From Haliotis cracherodii (taxonomy: Eukaryota), in contig NW_027266341.1 of NCBI RefSeq assembly GCF_022045235.1, positions 57,288,001 through 57,352,000 on the forward strand: a DNA stretch of 64,000 nt. The letters run 5' to 3'. Below, piece by piece: positions 48,849-62,331 of the stretch. The notes under the pieces are model-generated. The model searched no databases, had not been told where the DNA came from, and saw nothing but the letters and a program-made list of their open reading frames with translations. The position numbers and the translations under genes are program-made. Every line of letters starts with the position of its first letter. The first letter of the stretch is position 1.

Positions 48849-51800
48849 ATCTTAATGACATATCAGGATAGTTCACTTGGCCCCTTATTTCCTCAATATT
48901 CATTAAAGCATACGTACAATATCTTCAGGAATATTTTCCGAAAACGTGACCGTGGGAGACTTCGCTTCAGGCGAATTGAGTGAGTGAGTGAGTGAGTGAG
49001 TTGGGTTTAACGCCGCTTTTAACAGTATTCAAGTTATTTCATGGCGTGTCAGCTTAATGTGGGAGGAAAGCCCGAAGTGATGCAGGTCTTAGGCGTTTAT
49101 CACTTCGGTGAAACCCACGAGCACGAGCACGGTGCCGACAAACCTAGAAATATAATCGGGGTGAACCGGGATTCGAACCCACAATCATAGGTTTCTGGCG
49201 TGCCCAAAGGACGCAACTCTGCACAGCAAATCGCGGCGCCTTAGACGACTGGGCCAGCCGTGCCCCCTCAGGCGAATCAACATCACACACACGTATCATC
49301 GTTATAGAAAAACAACCGGTCGTAACAAATATAACACGGGCGAGTGCCACATTGTGGGAGGGGATAGGGATGCATTCGGGTCCTTTTGGCTTTACCCGTA
49401 AGCTACCTCGAGCACCAACGGAGCATAGATATTGCATAGTTTCACTCGAAAACGCGTACAGACTGATCCCTCTGCACATAGTTCATAAAGCACATTTATT
49501 CATGTAAGAGGGGATTCTTATTGAATAATGGGTGCAAATTAGGTGGAACTGTATCCAAACGATTATACAAATATACACAAGGTCCAAGCTGGAGCCTTTC
49601 GTGGATTCCTGATGATAAGGTTAGTGTAGGTTATACTGTACCTCAATTATTTCCGCCAAATACTTAGCATCGTGATCGTGAAGTTCACTCCCTGAAATCA
49701 AATGCAATGGAAACAATCAGCCTCGTTCAGTAATTTGTACTGGGCGAATCCCGGCGCCGTAGACGACTGGGCCACCCGCGCCCCCTGCAGCTTTGAATTC
49801 CAGTTTTAATATTCTTTGTATTATCAATGTTATATGCCTAATAGTATTTCTCTCATACAGGAAGCTGACAGTTAAAGTGTATCTGATTATTACTTAACCT
49901 TTTTTCAGCTAGTCACGATAGGCCACCGAGTAAAAAGTACTAACTGATTAGTAAAGTCTACTAACATGTTAGTGTCTGAGTGGACAGTGAAATTTACTAA
50001 GTTAGTAAACTTTACCAACTATTTTTGTCAGTGTTAATGACTTACAATATCGAGATTGTAATGTTTGTATCCATCCATTTTTCACAATGTGTACATCCGA
50101 CGTGAAGAGCGACTTTAGTACATGTCCACTGTCTCATAATTATGAAGGACTTGAATTTTGTACGTCGAGTTTGTGCTTCTAACGGCTCGACTTCAAAACA
50201 TTATCATTCACCTGGTGTTAACAAATACGCCACCTTGAAGGGTCGCTCCGGGGTGATGTTCTATACCTGTTTGTTTGTGTGTTTGTTGTTTAACGCCTCA
50301 CTCACCAATATTCCAGCTGTATTACGGCGGTCTGTAAATAATCGAGTCTGGACCAGACACTCCAGTGATTGATATCATGAGCATCGATCCACACAATTAG
50401 GATACGATGACATGCATCAACCAAGTCAGCGAGCCTGACAACCCGATCCAGTTAGTCGCCTCATGGGTTGCTGAAGACCTATTCTACCCTGAATCTTCAT
50501 GGGGCTTTTCTGTACCTGATATGTTGAGTTTCCGGACGGTCTGGTTATCTTGCATGACCTCGGCCAGTGCTCGGATCCCATCGCCTCCTATGCGGTTCTC
50601 GGATATATTCTAAAGAACAAGAACAAAAAAACAGCAATCAAATCGCTCAAGTTGCAAGGAGTTACGATGTCGTGGCTATTCGAGCGCCTACGATTTACGG
50701 ACAAGAAATATGATCCCCGTTCTGTAAAGCAACCCAACTGCTACGAGAGCCTCACAGCTACGAGAAAGATCAGGAGCTATATATTTACGACATTCGATTA
50801 GAAATGTTTGTGAAATGAGGCCCATGTCTCCTTTTAACTCTTAGTATTTTACTCTGACTTTTAGCCAGGCGAAAACGGTGTCAATAAATATTTGAAACAC
50901 CACGCTTCTTAGTAAATTTATGATCCAATTGTACGTGCTAATTCGAAAAAAGGGGTGGTGGGGTAGCCTAGTGGTTAAAGCGTTTGCTCGTCACGCCGAA
51001 GGCCCGGGTTCGTTTCCCCAAATGGGTACAATATGTGAAGACCATTTCTGGTGTCCCCCGCCGTGATATTGCTGGAATATTGCTAAATGCGGCGTAAAAC
51101 CATACTCACTCACTCATTCGAATAACATACATTGCTTGACTTACTATTTCTGTAATGAGATTATTTTGTGGAAGGAGTTCTGCGATCGCGCTGGCACCCT
51201 CCGCGCCCAGCCAGTTGTCTTCGAGGTCAAGGCCACAGATGCGTTGATTACCCTGGTGAGGAAATTCTGACTGTGAATGCACCAATAGCATCACTAATCT
51301 GACCTCGTTGCCTCTCATTTGAAAAAAATGATGTTTGTCAGAAGAAAGGATTCATTCACGAATCTGACGTCCACATGTGGTGTAGAAAACTAAACTATCT
51401 GTTTTCAGTACTTTATTTGAAAATTGTTTGATTATTATATTTTTGTTGAAATGGAATTTGAATTTGACGTGGGCAGATATATTTTACTAAATATCAGAAT
51501 TTGACAAGGCTGATAGCTATTTTAAAAACAACAACAATAGCAGAATTTGACATGGTCGGACAAGTATTTATGAATACAACAGAAGTTGACAATTTCTGGT
51601 TATTTATTAACAAACCACTATTTTAAATATAACTATTTTACTTATACAACAGAATTTGGTGTGAGCGGATAACTATTTGTTATAAAACATAATTTGGTGT
51701 GGGCGGATAACCATTTGTAATACAACAGAATTTGTTGTGGGCGAATAACTATTTGTAATACAACAGAATTTGGTGTGGGCGGATAATAATTTTACTAATA

Positions 51801-54645
51801 GAACAAAATTTGACGTGGCTGGATAACTATTAAAACAGAAATTGAAACTAACTGGTGGCTAACTAAGTTACTGATAAAACAGTATCTATCAAAATTATGT
51901 CAAAAATTCAATGTCTTTGTATCGCACACATACCACAAGAGCTATGAAGATAGCTCTAGCCGCCTTGGAGCCAACCGAGCGACTGCGCATGACTAGTTTC
52001 GGCGCCATGAGGCTGTTGACGATAAATGTCACAGGTGTGATTCCAAGAGACTTGCAGGCGTTGATGTAGACGTTCACGTAGCCGTGCCTCTCGATCTCTT
52101 CCGGGTCCGTGGGGAGAGGTACAGGGGGGTCTGGTGAATGGAGAACAAAAAAGTGTATTCTTAATCATAAAGTCTGTATTACACGTACACTGTTAAAATG
52201 TGCTTAAATCCTAAACACAAACTTAATGTTATCCCGTATGTTTGACATGTTTAGGTCTTAACATGTTTAGGGTTGTGTTTAACAGCTAAACGTGTTTAGG
52301 GTCTAAATGTGTATATTTAGGGTGGGTGGGTGATGGTAAGAGTCAAAAGTTAAGAGTCTATCAGACATACTTTCAATGTCAGCTTCCTGTATGAGAGAAA
52401 TAACAAATATTCATACAACATATTTATGAACACATAGATTTTTAAACCTCAGCGGAATATCTAAACATGTTTTCACGCGTTTAAATTCTGAACATGTTTA
52501 GGGGATTGTTGTGTTTAGGTGTGTTTAGGCTGTGAGAGGATAGCTCATTTCATGTGTTTAGACCTAAACGCGTTTAGAGAGAACACACCAAATTCGTATC
52601 CCGCTTAGGATTGAAACACATTCCTAAACATGTTTAGATCTAAACACGTGAAATGAGCTATCCTCTCACAGCCTAAACACACACAAACACAACATCCTAA
52701 ACCCACGTTTTATTGTTTAGAGTGAGTGAATATTGTTTTACGCCAAAGGCTTCAATATTCCAGCAATATCACATCGTCCTGTAAATAGTCGAATCTTGAC
52801 CTTACAAAGCAGTGTTTGATAGAATACATCACGAGTGATATAAACAACCAGTCAAAAGAAAGTAAACACAAATGTTAAAGTTTGATGGTGGCTAAAATAA
52901 AACAAACAAGAAATGGTATTCGATGGTGAAGTATTTGACACGGGTATCATAGTTGTGTTTTGGACCTTTGCAGTGTTTCGGCGAGTGTTTTAAGCCTAGT
53001 AACGTTTTGATAAGGGTAGTCATGTTTTGGTCAAATCCAATTTTCAAGTGTGTACTTTCTTTTGTCCGGCAGTTTATACCTTAAGTCAAGTCACATTCAG
53101 TAACTGACCAACCCCCTGTCCTCATTAGTCGCGATAATAGTGAGCATGGAGAACATATGTTACCCCTCAACATATATAATGAGTGAGTTTGGTTTAACGT
53201 CGCTTTGAACAGTATTACAGTTATATCAAGGGATTTCAGCTTAGTGTGGGAGGAAGGCCCGAAGTGATGCAGGTCTCACGTTTACAACCCATGAGCACGG
53301 GTATGGGGCCGACTACCTTGAAATGTATGGATGCCCATCGGGATTCGAACCCACAATCATAGATTTCTGGTGTGCTTTGACGACTGGGCTACCCGTGCCC
53401 CCTCAAGAGATATAGACAGCCAGGAGTCTAAGGTGATGGATGTAGCTGTGCAGAGTTATATACCCTAGGCTTGCCAGGATTCTGAGAAATATGGGTTCGT
53501 ATCCCACATTCGCCCTGATAATGATTCTTGCTTTCTGACAAGGGAAAACGAATACCGCGTCATTTGCATATCAAACACCAAATTTATGTGCATACACACA
53601 GTGACGAAACAGATACCATTTAGTTCCTGCACTCTGGTGCCCAGGTTTGTTTGTTTGTTGTTTAACGCCGCTCTCAGCAATATTCCAGCTGTATGACGTC
53701 GGTCTGTAAATAATCAAGTCTCGACCAGACAATCCAGTGATTGACACCATGAACATCGATCCACGCAGTTGGGAAATGATGACATGCATCAACCAAGTCA
53801 GCGAGCCTGACCACCCGATCCAGTTAGTCGCCTCTTACGACAAGCATAGTCGCCTCTTACGGCAAGCATGGGTTGCTAAAGTCCTAATCTAACCAGGTTC
53901 TTCACGGGTCTGGTTCTCCAGTACGCGTATCATATAAAATAAATTCCACAAAATTTTCCTGCTTGGTACGAGCATGTTTGACAAGCGCGGCCAACAAAGT
54001 GAGATTAATTTTTGAACCGGACTCGAGTAATGCTTGAGCGAATTATCACAGCTCAGGGTCCTAACGGGAAGCTGAAACAATCGTCGAACGCCTAACTCTT
54101 CCCCACTGCCAGCTACGACCTTGTATGAAAAGTTAACTGTTTTGACCAAATATAGAGGCACTCTGCTTAACACACTCACCACAGTCCTCCATGATGTCAT
54201 ATCCGGTGAAGGTAAATTCCCGCTTCAGGTCTCTCTTGAGTTTTGTTGGTTCTGAAAATCCATTGTCCTGAGACATAAACGTCGTCTGCCTGGACCTGGT
54301 GCCTGTCGTCTGCTGTGACGTGTCAGACGATGTCTTCTGCCGGATGATGCCGCGTGGCCTCTCCGGGGAGCTGGGCAGCTTGACTTTAGAATGGCTCTGA
54401 CTTAGATACAGGGTAGCCGTTTTAGAACCCATACCCTTGATATTGACTTGTGTGTCAGTTCTCGTCAATTCTCGCGAGATATTGCCATTTGTCTGTTTTG
54501 CAGAGTTTTGTTTCGAACTACAGGGTACATCTTTTTTGGACGCACAAGAGCTGGTACGTGAGTGACAAGACGTCCGTGACATACTTGAGGTTTGGCGGTT
54601 TAATGCACTCTTCCCTCTCTTTTGTTGTCCTAAATCGTCCGCCAT
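34443..54645 (-). CDS. LRRC74: Leucine-rich repeat-containing protein 74-like (RI-type LRRs plus two C-terminal EF-hands, ~625 aa)
   Basis: Exons 54180-54645, 51934-52130, 51145-51252, 50516-50609, 49642-49691, 41357-41438, 40510-40595, 39490-39684, 38327-38422, 37589-37852, 37023-37108, 34443-34596; all GT-AG and in phase (1878 nt). YINACKSLGITPV..., LDLEDNWLG, LDLSWN and NPITPDVALLIL match LRRC74A/B as recalled; EF loops DTDNSHTISTQD and DSDKDGKIELRD. Confidence 0.88.
42297..42403. mobile_element. PIF/Harbinger-like palindromic MITE
   Basis: Arms GGCCCACTTACACAAAGCGATCTTAGCGCTA / TAGCGCTAAGATCGCTTTGTGCAAGCGGTTC; 3-bp TSD CAG. Confidence 0.7.
42653..42902. promoter_or_regulatory. Inverted-repeat element with three perfect CRE sites (TGACGTCA) upstream of the nested gene
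   Basis: TGACGTCA at 42659, 42676 and 42889; termini TGTCTATGACGTCA / TGACGTCATAGACA are exact inverted repeats. Confidence 0.45.
43036..45465 (+). CDS. Nested antisense orphan gene, hypothetical basic/coiled-coil protein (219 aa)
   Basis: Exons 43036-43057 (ATG...ACAG|GTAAGA), 43999-44211, 44387-44710, 45365-45465 (TAG|GTTAGT); three phase-1 GT-AG introns join 660 nt without a stop. Non-coding last exon from 45994 (TTTTGTTTTCAG|) with AATAAA at 46188. Confidence 0.68.
45494..45668. mobile_element. pogo/Tigger-like MITE family D
   Basis: Perfect 24-bp TIRs CAGTAAACTACGGTTATAACGAAC and TA TSD; lies in the last predicted intron of the nested gene. Confidence 0.9.
46510..48410. repeat. 86/88-bp tandem satellite array, 22 units
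   Basis: AACCCAACCTCTAATTCCACACCAGTCCGACTTGCTGCCATGGAAAC... starts at 46537, 46625, then every 86 nt to 48173, then 48261 and 48349. Confidence 0.97.
48813..48852. repeat. (ATCT)n microsatellite
   Basis: Directly visible. Confidence 0.9.
48977..49267 (-). mobile_element. tRNA-derived SINE family B, full length
   Basis: 10-bp TSD TCAGGCGAAT; A and B boxes; (ACTC)n tail. Confidence 0.9.
50952..51115 (+). mobile_element. tRNA-derived SINE family C
   Basis: tRNA-like head, shared 3' tail and (ACTC)n; imperfect TSD ATTCGAA(A/T)AA. Confidence 0.85.
51455..51840. repeat. ~38-bp degenerate minisatellite (~10 copies)
   Basis: Unit AGAATTTGGTGTGGGCGGATAACTATTTGTAATACAAC, e.g. at 51727 and 51765. 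Confidence 0.8.
52187..52720. mobile_element. Foldback-like element rich in CTAAACA/TGTTTAG repeats
   Basis: ~70-bp inverted arms at 52507-52576 and 52624-52693, plus many TGTTTAG motifs. Confidence 0.55.
53645..53910 (-). mobile_element. SINE-like family A, full length
   Basis: Reverse complement of the family A consensus, ending at TCACGGGTC. Confidence 0.85.
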
Positions 54646-56598
54646 TTTTGTTCTGTCTCGGGCTCTCTCGTTTAGCTGCAAGCTGTAAGATTTACAAGAA
54701 GAAATGCGGTATGTTCAGTGTAGGCCTCTTCACTGTAAAACTGGGCGGTACTTTTCCAAATGAAATCGCCACGTTTCAGATCGGTTCAATATCATTTCTA
54801 GGACATAGACTGACCGTCATCCAGATTGTTTTGGACGTCCCACCTGGCAAAAAGAGAGAAGAATGCCCTAACAACCCATGCAAATCCTAATGCTATTTTC
54901 TTCAGCAAAAGCTCTGACAATATCGTCTGGTACGCGTGTCCTGCTCTACCGGTAGCACCCACACCTAATTTTAATAAAAATGTTGGTCTTTGTTGCCTAA
55001 CGCCGCACCCAGCAAAATTCCTGCCTTACGATGGCGCCATGTGAACAACCAAGACAATCCAGTGATTAATAGCACGAGCAATATATATATCGCTCAATAT
55101 AGATACAAGACGCCCCATATACATCCTCAACGGTCTCTATGATATGAGATCAGATCAGTCACCGTGTCGCCGTTAATGTTCTCGACAGAACACTACCAGC
55201 ATTATAATAAGAGACACGACATAAATAACCTACTTCACGATTTAACACAAACAATTCATGAATCAGTTTACAATGGAATCAATACGGGCGCCAGCCCAGA
55301 GTATCAAATTCGCAAAAATGACCTTTCCTACATTTTCAAACAAATTTAAAACACCAAAACTTACATGTTTTCCAGTGATAATACTATCTCCACTGCTCTG
55401 AACAACTCAACATCATGGCTGTGGTGGACACTATTCAACAGCGTCGCTGTTGGTGACGGCTTTATCGCCTTCCCACAACACCCCAACGACGCGATAGAGA
55501 AATCAACATGCGACTGTAATAGTTTATATTGATAAAGTGTGATGAATTACACCTCACAGTTAACAGCGATAAGAACAGAAATTAAGCATAATTAATTGAT
55601 TTTTACATTGAACTTGTTCTAAACAGGTAATGCTACATCGATATGTCGAAATACCCGCTGTTGTATTTTAAGTGAGTGTGAGGTATTGTGTCTGCTCACT
55701 AATCCTTGTAGTTTTGTGTGAATTGACCCAGAAAAGGTTGAACGCTTTTGTTGGTTTTGAGAAGTCATTTATGACATTAACCACATAAATACGGCAGGTC
55801 TAATCTTTCGGAACCGTTGGTTTTCAGGTAGTTATAAATAATCTCTGGGAAAAGTGGTTCATCTATTGCCGGTGGGTTGTCTTACGTCGCACTCAGTAAA
55901 AATCCAGCTACATGACGACAGACAATCCAGTGATTGATATCATGAGCATGGATTTACACAATTGGGATATGCACAATTGACATGCATCAGCCATGTCAGC
56001 GAGCCTGACCACCCGATCCCGCTAGTCATCTAAATACATGTTAATACGAACTAAAGTTAAAGGTCCATTAATGTTTTAACATATATTTGAAACTGAATTT
56101 TAAGTTCAAATTAATACACGGGGTAATGTGCTCCCAAACTTTAAATGTCTTCAAAACTATAACACCCCACTCAATGACGGTTATTGGGTTAACCTACGCA
56201 TATCACAACCGTACATTGTATTTTTAACAATGCTATTCTGCTGTCAGCTGACACATCCTGTTTTTTGGCGAAACTTTACTCTATTGTTGGGAATACAATA
56301 AATACACTTGGAATAGAACGCTGTGTGATATGAACCTTCCCAGAAGCAATATACGGGTGGAGCTGAGAGATACCCGATCTGCTCGTGTAGATACGGGTGT
56401 CTGATCAGGGTAGATTTGGATCATTAACTGCGAACTTTAAGGTCACACTTTTCTATACACACATGAATTAAATTCCCATTAGAATATCCTTGAGGGATCG
56501 AGCACCGCTTTCTATGCCTGGCACCCTCTGGACGTGGTTTACATTAGAAACTAGGTTACTATAAGTTTAGGTTTAGATTTAAATTTCTCCCTGATGAT

Positions 56599-56728
56599 NN
56601 NNNNNNNNNNNNNNNNNNNNNNNNNNNNNNNNNNNNNNNNNNNNNNNNNNNNNNNNNNNNNNNNNNNNNNNNNNNNNNNNNNNNNNNNNNNNNNNNNNNN
56701 NNNNNNNNNNNNNNNNNNNNNNNNNNNN
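56599..56728. other. Assembly gap (130 N)
   Basis: Run of N. Confidence 1.
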
Positions 56729-57436
56729 TAGTGATTCTGGGGGTGAGTGAGTGAGTGAGTGAGTTGCGGTGTATATGACGGCGTTTCAGCTGAGCGTGGG
56801 AGGAAAGCCCGAAGTGATGCAGGTTTTTGATGTTATCATTTTTGTTGGGAGGTGACAAACCTGACAAATCTAGAAACTCAATCTAGGCGAATGTAGTATT
56901 CGAACCTTTATATTTGAATATGTTAGAGTAAATGCCTATAATCAGTCATTATGTATAGTGACTGATTCACTCAGGCAATGTACATATTGACTGACATTTT
57001 CAGTCATTATACATATTGCCGGGGAAATGAGCCTGGGTTTAGACAGATTGACTGAACTGAATTTAATCCTTAATTTAATCTCCATATTTTAATTGGGATC
57101 TATTTTGATTTTACGAAGATCAAAGTAACTTCTGTAAGTAATTAAAAATGTTCACCGCAATGAACTGATTGGTTTTTCAAACATGAAAGAATACTGGAGT
57201 TTTTAATGTTACTTATCTATATTGATCTATTGTACGGTCTCTGATCAAACAGAGATGCAATATCATCATCAAAGTTGCATTATTGACAATAAAATATATA
57301 ATGTAGCTAGATTTCCCGGGTGCATACAGAATTCATATCTTGTTGATGTTCATTTTTTAAAATATGTTGGAGGATGCTAACCAGATTAACGGTTCGGTTG
57401 GGGTTCTGGGGTATGGGTAACTTTGGTCATCCTGAC

Positions 57437-57980
57437 TGTCTGTCTGTCTGTTCGTTGTTTAAAGCCGTACTCAGCAACATTCCAGCTATATGACGGTGGG
57501 ACCCGTGAAGATCCGGGGTAGAATAGGTCTTCAGCAACCCATGCTTGCCGTAAAAGGCGACTATGCTTGTCGTAAAAGGCGACTAACGGGATTGGGTGGT
57601 CAGGCTCGCTGACTTGGTTGGTGCATGTCGATCCCAATTGCGTGGATCGATGCTCATGATATCAATCACTGGATTGTCTGGTCCAGACTCGATTATTTAC
57701 AGACCGCCGTCATATAGCTGGAATATTGCTCAGTACGGCGTTAAACAACAAACAAACAAACAATATTTGACGGTTGTCTATAAATAATCGAGTCTGGACC
57801 AGACAATCCAGCGATTGACGTCATGAGCATCGATCCAAGCAATTGGGATACGATGACATGCCTCAATCAAGTCAGCGAGCCTGACCACCCGATCCCGTTA
57901 GTTGTCTCCTATTATTTACAGGCCGCCATCATATAGCTGGAATATAGCTGATTGCGGCGTTAAACAACAAACAAACAAAA
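57437..57980. mobile_element. Nested cluster of family A SINEs (plus copy 57500-57760 inserted in a minus copy)
   Basis: A full plus copy interrupts a minus copy that resumes at ~57765; a further 3' fragment follows. Confidence 0.8.
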
Positions 57981-58357
57981 CAATTTTCTAACCGTGTATT
58001 AATTCCCAGGGACAATTTCAGCCAAATATCTGAAACCCCTATCAACATGAACTATTCCAACTCCGAGTGATTCGTTCACCACGTGCATCAAGGTTTGTAC
58101 CCACGACATCTCGAACAGCACGTGTTACCGCCTGCTTAATTTGGACACGGTTGTAGGTGGCTCTGTTTGCGCCTTGATGTCTCGTTGCCTCATCCTTTTT
58201 GAATAACAGTTTGAACAAGGAACGTAGTTAACTTTTTTTTAGACAGGGGTGGGGGGGGCAAATATTTGTACAAGTATCAGTTGTCCCCAACTTGAATTTT
58301 CATGATTCAAATGAAACTGTTTTCTATAAAAAAAATCCAGGGGGCAAATCCCCCCCC

Positions 58358-58388
<31 letters not shown>

Positions 58389-59586
58389 ACGGCTGGCTAC
58401 GGCACTGTTGTAGGAAAAACCTGAAAGACGTGTATTCGTAAGAATAATAACTTCAGGATATCCTGAAATATCCGATTTTACCGCCGCTTCTGTATATTAA
58501 TATTTTTCAGTGTCCAAACGTGTAGCACCTTGTCAAAAACATTCATATGTCTACTACAATGCCGTCATTTATCAGATAGAATGTATGAAATACAACCTCG
58601 TTTTTATAAAGGAGTTACAATAAAGTACGTTACAAATATCATTACAACAGGGCGTTTGGGCTAAACACTCTGACACGAGTTAGCTCCCTTACTTCACGTA
58701 CTGCAAATGGTTGGGTGATGAAGTGAGAGGTAGTGTTTCACGCTGTTGTCCGCAAAGTAATGCTGTTATCACTTCGACCTTTGGTAATCCCTAGATGTGT
58801 GGGTGACGTCACCTTACTTTGCGACATAATCGTATCACAACGGTTCATGAGTTTGATTGAACATTCGCCCCCAGTCCATTATCCTAGATTACGAATAATT
58901 CCACTGCGTATACTCTATTCTGATTGATAAACCAGAGGTTTCAAATCTCAATTAAAACTCTTGATTAAAACAATCGCCTCGTCGTATAAATTTTCGCACA
59001 GCTTTCCAATTTCAGAGGAGCAGAATGGATAATTCTCTAAATTTCTTTCAGCTCCCAAACTTTGTATAAAACATATTATTTGAAACTCTGGTTGAACAAA
59101 TAGAATTAAATAGCTTTGAAGATACACAAACTATTCCGACAATTGTGTCTCTTTTGTTTTAGTCAGTAGCTCCATCCCTTCTGTCGTGTGTTATAAACCC
59201 AGATTTGGTGATGGAGAAATCATGAAAATTTGTTGATTCCGTGAGTTGATCCTATTTCCAGAAACAACAGCGCCGAGTTATTTTTCTGACTTAATTCATG
59301 TTATGGTTGCAACACACTTTCTCTATAACTTTACACAATGACCTACAGTTATGTCAGTTTTACTTGTTAAAATGTCTTCATAATGGTGTCATAACGGGGT
59401 TTTGTATAGAGAATAGATACTTTTTCAGCCACAGCTACAAAGCCGGATATTTTGTAATTTAAAACTAAGAGCCTGAATTTTGATTTAAGAAAAAACGCCT
59501 TGCAACAATGTAATTTTTGTGGCAGGCAGTTCCCACCCCTGAACATCAAATGGTCGGTCCATCAGCCAGATAACAACGCAAGATGA

Positions 59587-59848
59587 TTTGTTTGTTTGTT
59601 GTTTAACGCCACACTCGGCCACACTCGGCAGTATTCCAGCGGTCTGGAAATAATCGAATCTGGACGAGATAATCCAGTGATTGACATCATAAGCTTCGAT
59701 CTACGCAATTTGGATTAATGACATGCATCAACCAAGTCAGCGAGCCTGACCACCCGCTCCCATTAGTCGCCTCTTACAACAAGCATGGTCACCTTTTACG
59801 GCAAGCATGGGTTGCTGAAGACCTATTCTACCCTGGATCTTCACGGGT
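59587..59848 (-). mobile_element. SINE-like family A
   Basis: Reverse complement of the family A consensus. Confidence 0.85.
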
Positions 59849-62058
59849 CGCATCCTTAAAGTAATGCATCTTCTCGTTACCATGGATAAGTTTACATGAG
59901 TATAATATGTGATAGTGTTATGCAATACATACAGATCTGAAGTGATAGTGTCGAAAGGTGTTAGGGGTAATTACTTAAACCACTCCGCTGGACATGTGTG
60001 AAATGTGGTTCCAAACCTTAACTGTCGGAAACGGGCGAATCGCACTGTACAGACAGACCCAGATCAATGCCAGACACGATACTCGTACAGATACGTCATT
60101 TATCACCGTGTGTGATGTCGTAAACCGATCGATTTAGTTCGGTAGATCGAAATAGACCCCTCTTCCACAGGTTGGCAGTCAATACAGATATATGCATGGA
60201 ATCCTCTTCAATTTATTCATGAAAGAACGGTTGAAGGATGTCTATGTGTAACGGGTCTTTACGGCCCTGTCATGATCCTCGTTCATCAGACGCTGATACA
60301 GAGGGGGTTGTCGACGCTGAAGCTGATACATCACTCCGTGCTTTTATGTGAATCGGGGTCGCTTTATTTGTCCATAAAGTTTTGGGGTATTGGAGTATGT
60401 CAGTTTGGAAACATTTGAGTGAGTGAGTATGGTTTAACGCCGTCCTGAACAGTATTTCAGTTATATCACGGCGTGTCAGTTTTGAAGTGGGAGAAAAACC
60501 CGAAGTGATGCAGGTCTAACGTTTAATTACCACTTTGTTAAAACCCGCTAGCACAAGTTTGGTACCTATAAACTAAGAAACATCAGGGGGAACGGGTATT
60601 CGAACCCGCGAGCATAGGATTCAGACAGTCCAAGGGAGGCAACTCTGAACAACCGTGTTCCCAGTTCTTCTGTACAGTAAACTTTGGAATTGATTTATAT
60701 AGTTTGTTTGTTTTTTGTTTAACGCCCCAATCAGCAATATTCCAGCTATATGACGGCGGTTTGTAAATAACCTAGACTGGACCGGTCAATCCACTGCTTA
60801 ATATCATGAGCATCGATCCACGCAATTGGGATACGATGACATGCATCAACCAAGTCAGCGAGCCTGACCACCCGATCCCGTGAGTCACCTCTTACGACAA
60901 GCATAGTCGCCTTTTACGACAAGTATGGGTCACTGAAAACATATTCTACCTCGGATCTTCACAGGTCGAAATAGGATTATAAGAGGGACATGTCTCAAAC
61001 ATTTATCCTGTTTTTTAAGTCGTACATTTATACGAGCGCATTCCTTCCTCTCAAACAGTTTTCTCAAATAGAGTCTCAAACTATTTATGAGCAGGATCAC
61101 CAATTCGTTCCTGACAGACAAACGAGTCTGACCAACGATCGGAGACACTGAAGAGTATTTTGGGCAACCTGGTGTAAACTTACCTCATAAATAAACACGA
61201 CCAGAGAATAAATAACAGGTTTAGGGCGAGTTAGGCCTCGTCGTGACAGTGGAATAAACTGTCTGTGTGGAATAATGGGACGGATAGATTTCTATAAATA
61301 ACATGGAATGCTTTTCAGGGGCTCCGTGATTTGAATTTCCAACACCCCTTTCTGAAAGCGGGCCCCGATCGAGGGTTACTGCGAAGGAAATCAGTGCGTT
61401 GTCTGAGGAAGCCTTTATGAGAAAGTCGAAATCAATACAATTCTTATAATATTGATCTAAAGTGTTTTTTTCAAATGAGAGTTGCTTGTTTTGAAATACG
61501 AGTGTTGATTAAGCCGTATAAATCAGCTATCTTCTTGTGATATAAAACTGCCATCGGTTTCTTAGATGAAGGTCTCACTGCACACGGGATCAATGTTAGG
61601 AATTCTACCAAACTTGCGAGAATAGAATGGAATATTTGCCCTAAAACATCTACGAATACACGGGGGCCATATCAAAATCTCTGTCGTCCTTTTCCTGTTA
61701 GCGGTTGAGGGAGTGTGGGTGTGTACCCCGTCCCCTTTTTGAAGCATACCAAAAACGTTGAAAGATAACTGAACAATAAACAACTGTTTGAATATCATTT
61801 GGGCTTACAAACGCAATTTGTTTAAAGAAGGAAGTATTTGCATTCATCAAGCATTCTCCCTTAAAAACCCCGGGTAGCGGTGGGGTAGCTAAGTGGTTAA
61901 AGCGTTTGCTCCTCACGTTGAAAGCTAGGGTTCGAATCCGCTCATGGGTACAATATATGAAACCCATTTCTTGTGTCCCCAATTGTAATGTTGCAGGAAT
62001 ATTGCTAAAAGCGGCGTAAAACCATACTCACTCACTCAAAAAGAGACACTATCCTTTA

Positions 62059-62331
62059 AGTGAGTGAGTGAGTGAGTTGGGTTTAACGCCGCTTTTAACA
62101 GTATTCCAGTTATATCACGGCGTGTCAGCTTAATGTGGGAGGAAAGCCAGAAGTGATGCAGGTGTCAAACGTTTACCACTTCGGTTAAACCCACGAGCAC
62201 GGGTATGGTGCTGACAAACCTAGAAACATAATTGGGGCGAACCCACAATCATAGGTTTCTGGCGTGCCCAAAGGACGCAACTCTGCACAGCGAATCGCGG
62301 CGCCTTAGACGACTGGGCCACCCGTGCCCCC
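62059..62331 (-). mobile_element. tRNA-derived SINE family B
   Basis: Near identical to 12642-12918 and 48977-49267; tail-to-tail with a family C copy at 61871-62037. Confidence 0.85.

Noticed and set aside
48813-49420. Helitron starting at (ATCT)n and ending at a hairpin near 49377-49405
   Set aside because: The hairpin is weak and there is no CTRR terminus, so support is insufficient.
50952-51025. tRNA gene (GTC anticodon-like)
   Set aside because: It runs directly into a SINE body and tail with a TSD and has several degenerate dispersed copies, so it is a SINE head.
54450-54890. 146-aa plus-strand ORF
   Set aside because: Antisense shadow of the first LRRC74-like coding exon.
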